A stretch of 36,760 nt of DNA. Origin: a virus. How positions within the stretch are numbered: the first letter of the stretch is position 1; each line of letters starts with the position of its first letter. Position numbers and translations under genes: made by a program. Under the pieces are notes generated by a model. That model searched no databases, was not told where the DNA came from, and was given only the letters and a program-made list of their open reading frames with translations. The DNA is taken from positions 1-36,760 of IMG/VR virus record IMGVR_UViG_3300045988_135562. The stretch is one strand, 5' to 3'. This document shows, one piece after another, positions 32,026 to 36,760 of the stretch.

Positions 32026-33846
32026 ATGAACGTCAACCAAGAAGTGAGGCTCAACCTCTCGGCAGTAGGCATTCCGCCCCGGTTGTCCATGCCGCAGGGC
32101 GACGCCAATTCCCGCACCATCGTGGCCACGCTGTGGGATGGAGCTACTCCCTACAGCGTCCCGGCCAACGCCGCCGTCATGGTTCGCTTCCGCAAGCCGG
32201 ACGGCACGGGCGGCCTATACGACGCAACAGAGACCGGGACGGCAGTGACCGCCTCCGGCAACACCGTCACCGCGCCGGTGGCCACGCAGATGCTGGCTGT
32301 GGCGGGCGTGGTTCAGGCGGAGATCAATATCTACGGCACGGGCTCAGGCAAGGCAGCAGACCGGCTGGCTACGTTCCGTTTTGCGGTAGAGGTTGCGCCC
32401 AGCGTCTACCCGGACGCGCAGATCATCAGCAGTGACTATTACAACATTCTCGCCGCTGACATCAGTGAGGCCACCGCAGCCGCCGAATCCGCCGAGACCT
32501 CCGCGGGCGACGCCGAAGCCTGGGCGGCAGGCACTCGCGACGGCGTGGCCGTGACCGCCAGCGATCCTGCGTATGAAAATAACGCTAAATATTACAAGGA
32601 GCAGGCGCGGGCTATTACAGGCGACACCGCCAAGGAGAGTACATCCCAGTTGATCCTGTCCACCCTGCGTGGGCAGCGGCCCAAGCGGTACGGTTTCCGC
32701 ATCAAAAACTCAGAACCAAACCCCAGCACCCGCGTGGAGTATCTCTACGACGCGGAGGGCATGACCCCGGCGGGGATGAATTTCAGCACCGGCGTTTTCA
32801 ATTACGGCAGCTGGGCGGACATTTGGTTCGTCCGGGACAACCACCCCTGCATGGTCAAGTCGGACGGCACGGTGGACCACTGGCTCAAGGACGACGATTA
32901 CACGCAGAAGTACACCGACGGCAGTGCCAGCGACGTGTCCAACACGGCCTATGGTGGCAACTGCTTCTCTGCCATCCCACTGATTTGGGTCAAGCGCTGG
33001 CAGGAGGGCGACTACTCCTACACAGTGTTCTGCGAGGAGCGCTACGATGACGGCTATTTTGCCTACGCCCACACAGACGCCCAGGGCCGTATCACGCCGT
33101 ACCTCCTGTACCCGGCGTTCCGGGGCAGTCTCGTGGACGGCAAGCTCCGCAGCATCAAGGGCCAGGCGCAGGACAACGGAACTAGCACAACCGCGGAGCG
33201 GACGGCGGCCCAGGCCAACGGCAACGGCTACGACATCCTCCAGTGGAGCGACTGGCAGCTGCTGATGGATATGTGTTACCTGATCGGCAAGAGCACAAAC
33301 CTTCAGGCCGTCTTTGGCCGGGGCCACACCACCGGCGGCACGTCCGCCGCCGACCTGCTGACCACCGGCACACTCAGCGACAAGGGCCAGTTCTTCGGCT
33401 ATGCCGACACCATCCACGCCGTGAAGGTGTTCCACACCGAGGTCTGCTGGGGCGACCGCTGGGAGCGGATCATCGGGTGTCTGCAAGACCACGGCGTGTG
33501 GAAGATGAAGATGACCCCGGAGGGCGGCGGCTACAACCTGACCGGCGCGGGCTATGACGCGGTGGGGGAAACCGTCTCACAGCCGGGCTCTGACAGCACC
33601 TTCAGCGGCTGGTTCTCGGCGGCGCGAAACACGCCCCAGGGATTGCTTCCCACGGCGCTATCCGGCGGCGATACCACCTACTACTGCGACTTTCACTACA
33701 TCAACGTGGGTGTGCTGTCTGTGCCGCGTGTCGGCGGGTCCTGCGGGTCCGGCTCGAGGTGTGGCCGCTACGTGAACGTTGCCGTCGTGGCCGGGGCTGC
33801 GGGGGGGAACGCCGGCGCGTCGCTTTCTTACAAACGTCCCTCTTGA
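32026..33846 (+). CDS. BppU-N-like baseplate/tail fibre protein
   Basis: N-terminus GDANSRTIVATLWDGATPYSVPANAAVMVRFRKPDGTGG fits the BppU N-terminal pattern. Long C-terminal head domain. Confidence 0.6.
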   Translation: MNVNQEVRLNLSAVGIPPRLSMPQGDANSRTIVATLWDGATPYSVPANAAVMVRFRKPDGTGGLYDATETGTAVTASGNTVTAPVATQMLAVAGVVQAEINIYGTGSGKAADRLATFRFAVEVAPSVYPDAQIISSDYYNILAADISEATAAAESAETSAGDAEAWAAGTRDGVAVTASDPAYENNAKYYKEQARAITGDTAKESTSQLILSTLRGQRPKRYGFRIKNSEPNPSTRVEYLYDAEGMTPAGMNFSTGVFNYGSWADIWFVRDNHPCMVKSDGTVDHWLKDDDYTQKYTDGSASDVSNTAYGGNCFSAIPLIWVKRWQEGDYSYTVFCEERYDDGYFAYAHTDAQGRITPYLLYPAFRGSLVDGKLRSIKGQAQDNGTSTTAERTAAQANGNGYDILQWSDWQLLMDMCYLIGKSTNLQAVFGRGHTTGGTSAADLLTTGTLSDKGQFFGYADTIHAVKVFHTEVCWGDRWERIIGCLQDHGVWKMKMTPEGGGYNLTGAGYDAVGETVSQPGSDSTFSGWFSAARNTPQGLLPTALSGGDTTYYCDFHYINVGVLSVPRVGGSCGSGSRCGRYVNVAVVAGAAGGNAGASLSYKRPS

Positions 33847-33951
33847 GGGGGCGCGGGGGAGTTATCCCGGGCATTCGAGAAATTGCGTGGTTTTGAGGTG
33901 AGTGTGCAGTTATGAACGAAAATTTACAAATGTGGTTTTGGGGGTGAATAA

Positions 33952-34476
33952 ATGGAGCTTTTTATTTCACATACCGCAGCGACAGACAACTGGATTAAGC
34001 AGCACCATTACCTACATAGCACACCTGCGGGGGCGCGTGTGAGGATGGAGTTTTATATTCCGTATTTGGACGCCTATCAACTTGTGAAAGAAACCGGGGT
34101 GAGTTTGAGCGATTTGGATATGCGTGACGGGAAATATCTTGTTGGCGCTATGATGTGGGGCCGACCAACAAGCCGAAAAATTGACCAAAAGGCAATACTC
34201 GAATTAACCCGATGCTGTTTTCTTGATTTTATGCCAAAGAACACCGAGAGCAAAGGCCTCGCCAAGGCGCGTGCATGGATTAGGAAGCATCTTCCAGATG
34301 TGAAAGGGCTTATCGCATATTCTTCCACCGCAGAGAGTCATCAGGGTACAATTTACCTTGCTGATGGCTGGTTTAAGATCTCTGAATCCGAGTCCCCTCA
34401 CGCATCTTGGGAGACGCGAGGAGGCCGTAAAAACAGAGACCTTAGTGTGAAGTATAAGTTTGCGCGGTCGCCTTAA
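33952..34476 (+). CDS. Mom-like/GNAT-fold putative DNA-modification protein (family call from memory)
   Basis: WIKQHHYLHSTPAG, ILELTRCCF...PKNTES and IAYSSTAESHQGTIYLADGW resemble the motif order I recall for phage Mu Mom relatives. It sits in a lower-GC patch between the fibre and lysis genes. Confidence 0.45.
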   Translation: MELFISHTAATDNWIKQHHYLHSTPAGARVRMEFYIPYLDAYQLVKETGVSLSDLDMRDGKYLVGAMMWGRPTSRKIDQKAILELTRCCFLDFMPKNTESKGLAKARAWIRKHLPDVKGLIAYSSTAESHQGTIYLADGWFKISESESPHASWETRGGRKNRDLSVKYKFARSP

Positions 34477-34651
34477 AACTCGTAAGACGTTTTAAATACG
34501 GCGGTTTTGTATTGAGCCGGATGGGCGTGTTTCGGCACGCCAACGCCTACAACTACTACCTGGAGCATATCAAGCCGATGGTCAACATCCGAAAGTGCAA
34601 GCGGCGGGTGGCCGCCGCAGCGAAAAGACAAGAGAAAGCGAGGGGCTACCA

Positions 34652-34924
34652 ATGACAGACTGGAAAACTGTGCATGACAGCCGCACCACCACCCCGGAGG
34701 AGCTGGACACCACGTCCAGCAGCTCCACCGTCTACGAGCGGCGGAACATCCGGCGGGAGACGGTGACGGTGGGCGGCAGTGAGGACGCTGCCACGATGGA
34801 ACAATGGGTGTATGAGCAGCGGGAATACACCCAGGAGGAATACGCTATGATGCGTGCGCCCGCCATACAGAGCGTGCAGCAGGCGTTGAGCGGCATCGAG
34901 CTGGCTATCGCCATGCTGGGCTAG
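34652..34924 (+). CDS. Hypothetical protein of the tail-lysis junction (90 aa)
   Basis: ATG at 34652. The position upstream of XkdX is typical of XkdW-like small proteins. Confidence 0.55.
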   Translation: MTDWKTVHDSRTTTPEELDTTSSSSTVYERRNIRRETVTVGGSEDAATMEQWVYEQREYTQEEYAMMRAPAIQSVQQALSGIELAIAMLG

Positions 34925-34934
34925 GAGGTGCACT

Positions 34935-35093
34935 ATGAGCGACAAATTTGAGGCGCTGCTGGAGAAGTGGAAGCTGGGCTACATCACCAGGGAAACGCTG
35001 CGGGGCTGGGTGGCCCTGAACCAGGCCAAGCCGGGCCGGGGCATCACGGCGGAGGAGTACGAGGAGATCACGGGTGAGAGCTATGACGGCTGA
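34935..35093 (+). CDS. xkdX: XkdX-family small protein (52 aa)
   Basis: AGGAGGTG RBS. MSDKFEALLEKWKLGYITRETLRGWVALNQAKPGRGITAEEYEEITG matches the XkdX pattern. Confidence 0.6.
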   Translation: MSDKFEALLEKWKLGYITRETLRGWVALNQAKPGRGITAEEYEEITGESYDG

Positions 35094-35217
35094 CCTGGCG
35101 GTGATCTCCGCGCTGTGCCGCATTATCCAGCGGGCGGCGGAGATCATCGAGGACGAACAGAAACGGAAAGCCCTGCTGGCCGAGATGGACGAGGCGGTAG
35201 GGGAGGAAAGGGCATAA
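35083..35217 (+). CDS. Small hypothetical protein (44 aa)
   Basis: The ATG overlaps the XkdX 3' end. The ORF fills the gap before the holin gene. Confidence 0.4.
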   Translation: MTADLAVISALCRIIQRAAEIIEDEQKRKALLAEMDEAVGEERA

Positions 35218-35238
35218 GCCCGGAAAGGACGAACAACT

Positions 35239-35724
35239 ATGAAAGACACCATCAATCCCATCATCGCCGTGCTGGCCGCCGCGCTGGGCGTGGCCTCCAG
35301 CTACCTGGTACAGCTGATCGTGCCGCTGATCGTGCTGGTGATCGCCATGCTGGCGGACTACGGCACGGGCATGGCCAAGGCCTGGAACGCCGGGACGCTG
35401 TGCTCCCGCACGGGCATCCGCGGCATCCTGAAGAAGGTAGGCTACCTGGTCATCGTGGCGGTGGCGATGGGCGCGGATTACCTGCTGCGCTACGGTCTGG
35501 ATCAGGTAGGCGTGCATATCAACATTGAGTTCCTGATCACAGCTATTGTTATCGTGTGGCTGATCATTAACGAGCTGATCTCCATTTTGGAAAACGTGGC
35601 GGCCATCGGCGCACCTGTGCCGGAGTTTCTGCTGAAGCTGATCAAAAAGCTGAAAACCGTGACCGAGAAGCAGGCGGAGACCGTGCCGGTGGAGACGGAG
35701 GAAATGCTGGACGATGAAGATTAA
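35239..35724 (+). CDS. Holin (phage_holin_4_1-like)
   Basis: Three to four TM segments. MLADYGTGMAKAW and WLIINELISILENVAAIGAPVPEFL are family-typical. It lies immediately upstream of the endolysin. Confidence 0.8.
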   Translation: MKDTINPIIAVLAAALGVASSYLVQLIVPLIVLVIAMLADYGTGMAKAWNAGTLCSRTGIRGILKKVGYLVIVAVAMGADYLLRYGLDQVGVHINIEFLITAIVIVWLIINELISILENVAAIGAPVPEFLLKLIKKLKTVTEKQAETVPVETEEMLDDED

Positions 35725-36409
35725 CGATGTTACATACAAGTGGAACGGCGCTCTGACGAAGCGCCGTTCCACCACCCGCATCATCCTGCACCACGCGGCG
35801 GCCAGCAAATGCACCGCACAGCAGATCAACCAGTGGCATCTCGCCAACGGTTGGGTGGGCATCGGCTACCACTTCTTTGTGCGGAAGGACGGCAGCGTCT
35901 ATCGAGGCCGCCCGGAGGACACAGTAGGCGCGCACGCGGGAAACAACAACTACGACAGCATCGGCGTATGCTTCGAGGGCAGCTTCGACCGGGAACAGAT
36001 GAACGAGGTACAGCGCAAGGCCGGTGCGGAGCTGGTGGCGTACCTGAAGGGCAAGTACGGCATCACCAAGGTGCAGAAGCACAGCGATGTCAACGCCACG
36101 GGCTGCCCTGGGACGCATTTCCCGTTCGCGGCGATAGCGGATGGCGGCACGGCGGACAATCCCGCAGAGAGCGCCGCAGGCGGCTTTACGGCGGTATTTC
36201 CCCAGATCAGCAAGGGTAGCAAGGGCGACAAGGTGCGCGTACTCCAGGAGCTGCTGAAGGGCCGAGGCTACGATTTGGGTACATACGGCGCGGACGGCGA
36301 CTTCGGCGCGACGACGCATCGGCGGGTCATGAGCTTCCAGGTGGCAAACGGGCTGACGGCGGACGGCATTGTGGGCGAGAACACGTGGCGGAAGCTACTG
36401 AGAGAGTAA
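35714..36409 (+). CDS. Endolysin: N-acetylmuramoyl-L-alanine amidase (Amidase_2/PGRP) plus PG_binding_1 domain
   Basis: IILHHAA...GIGYHFFVRKDG...GAHAGNNNYDSIGVCFEG...GCPGTHFP. C-terminus GDKVRVLQELLKGRGYD...DGDFGATTHRRVMSFQVANGLTADGIVGENTW. Confidence 0.9.
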   Translation: MKINDVTYKWNGALTKRRSTTRIILHHAAASKCTAQQINQWHLANGWVGIGYHFFVRKDGSVYRGRPEDTVGAHAGNNNYDSIGVCFEGSFDREQMNEVQRKAGAELVAYLKGKYGITKVQKHSDVNATGCPGTHFPFAAIADGGTADNPAESAAGGFTAVFPQISKGSKGDKVRVLQELLKGRGYDLGTYGADGDFGATTHRRVMSFQVANGLTADGIVGENTWRKLLRE

Positions 36410-36425
36410 TCGAACTGAACACACG

Positions 36426-36465
36426 AAAACGCACTCGAAAGAGTGCGTTTTCGTTTTATTTTTTT
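36426..36465 (+). terminator. Rho-independent terminator after the endolysin gene
   Basis: AAAACGCACTC-GAAA-GAGTGCGTTTT stem-loop followed by CGTTTTATTTTTTT. Confidence 0.85.
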
Positions 36466-36475
36466 AAAAAAACCC

Positions 36476-36541
36476 TTGACATACCACCCGTTGGGTGGTA
36501 TAATCAACTCGTAAGTTAGATATGGATCGCCGCACAGCGGC
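36476..36541 (+). promoter_or_regulatory. Promoter P2 plus conserved leader hairpin
   Basis: TTGACA (36476-36481), 17-nt spacer, TATAAT (36499-36504). The spacer holds the perfect palindrome CCACCC-GTT-GGGTGG. The leader CAACTCGTAAGTTAGATATGGATCGCCGCACAGCGGC, with hairpin GCCGC-ACA-GCGGC (36529-36541), is near-identical to the one at 1210-1253. Confidence 0.75.
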
Positions 36542-36556
36542 AGAAAGGGAGATATA

Positions 36557-36760
36557 ATGAAAAAGACTTTTTATTCCGCCACCTACGCAGTATGGGGATC
36601 TAGCTTCTGTCGGGAGGCATGGTTTGACAACAAGGTCGCGGCGGACGCTTTCGCCGCGCACGATTTCCGGGACGACCCGGTGGCACACACCTACAGCAAG
36701 GCGGACAGCATCCGCGCCGCCGAGGATCGCGTGGCCGCTACGGCAGCAGAGCTGATCGCC
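36557..36760 (+). CDS. Hypothetical 68-aa protein; wraps the window end, stop codon at 59..61
   Basis: ATG lies 5 nt after GGGAG. 204 nt stay in frame to the window end, then TGA follows after the circular join. It is the first gene downstream of P2. Sequence MKKTFYSATYAVWGSSFCREAWFDNK...; no motif recognised. Confidence 0.6.
   Translation, partial: MKKTFYSATYAVWGSSFCREAWFDNKVAADAFAAHDFRDDPVAHTYSKADSIRAAEDRVAATAAELIA
36703..36760. repeat. Terminal direct repeat, second copy of 1..58
   Basis: Identical 58-mer at the opposite window end. Confidence 0.95.

Noticed and set aside
34480-34489. AACTCGTAAG, a 10-mer shared with the P2 leader.
   Set aside because: It has no associated -35/-10 or hairpin, and a 10-mer match is within chance for this window.
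34521-34655. 44-codon ORF (MGVFRHANAYNYYLEHIKPM...) upstream of 34652.
   Set aside because: It has no convincing RBS. It could be a remnant of a displaced gene 3' end. Only its ATGA overlap with the next start speaks for it.
1-36760. CRISPR arrays, rRNA or full tRNA genes, IS elements, retron/DGR reverse transcriptases.
   Set aside because: No spacer-repeat periodicity, no RT or transposase motifs, and no complete cloverleaf were seen on either strand.

Overview
The window is one complete, circularly closed genome of about 36.70 kb. The first 58 nt are identical to the last 58 nt, and an ORF reads seamlessly across the junction. It is a temperate, siphovirus-like phage with an HK97-type head module and a long tail with a tape measure. 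The host looks like a high-GC Firmicutes/Clostridia-type organism (GGAGG-type RBSs, XkdX, 4_1-type holin); this host call is inference only. Module order: (i) 36426-1700, an accessory (moron) cassette between the lysis genes and attP, driven by two near-identical promoter-leader modules and containing a possible sRNA. (ii) 1700-1951, attP, with a tRNA 3' fragment flanked by 22-nt direct repeats. (iii) 1906-5376, minus-strand lysogeny genes: zinc-ribbon tyrosine integrase, bacterial-PH protein, membrane-anchored XRE regulator, membrane protein and cI-like repressor. (iv) 5386-7221, the immunity switch and small HTH genes. (v) 7275-15151, replication and partition genes: an initiator with an internal iteron origin, DnaB, ParA, a large ParB-like protein, small ORFs, an HUH rolling-circle Rep and a Cys-rich KTR moron. 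(vi) 15255-36409, the late genes: HNH, a heavily structured intergenic region, ParB-nuclease/DNA methylase, TerS, TerL, portal, ClpP protease, capsid, neck, tail, G/G-T chaperone, TMP, Dit, Tal, receptor-binding proteins, a Mom-like gene, XkdX, holin and amidase endolysin. The most unusual signals are: a strand-locked 17-nt hairpin family present five times; the duplicated promoter-leader modules; an HUH Rep and ParAB alongside an integrase; a frameshifted methylase start; a Mom-like GNAT-type gene; and low-GC mosaic patches. All product calls rest on motifs read by eye and on gene order. No database search was possible.
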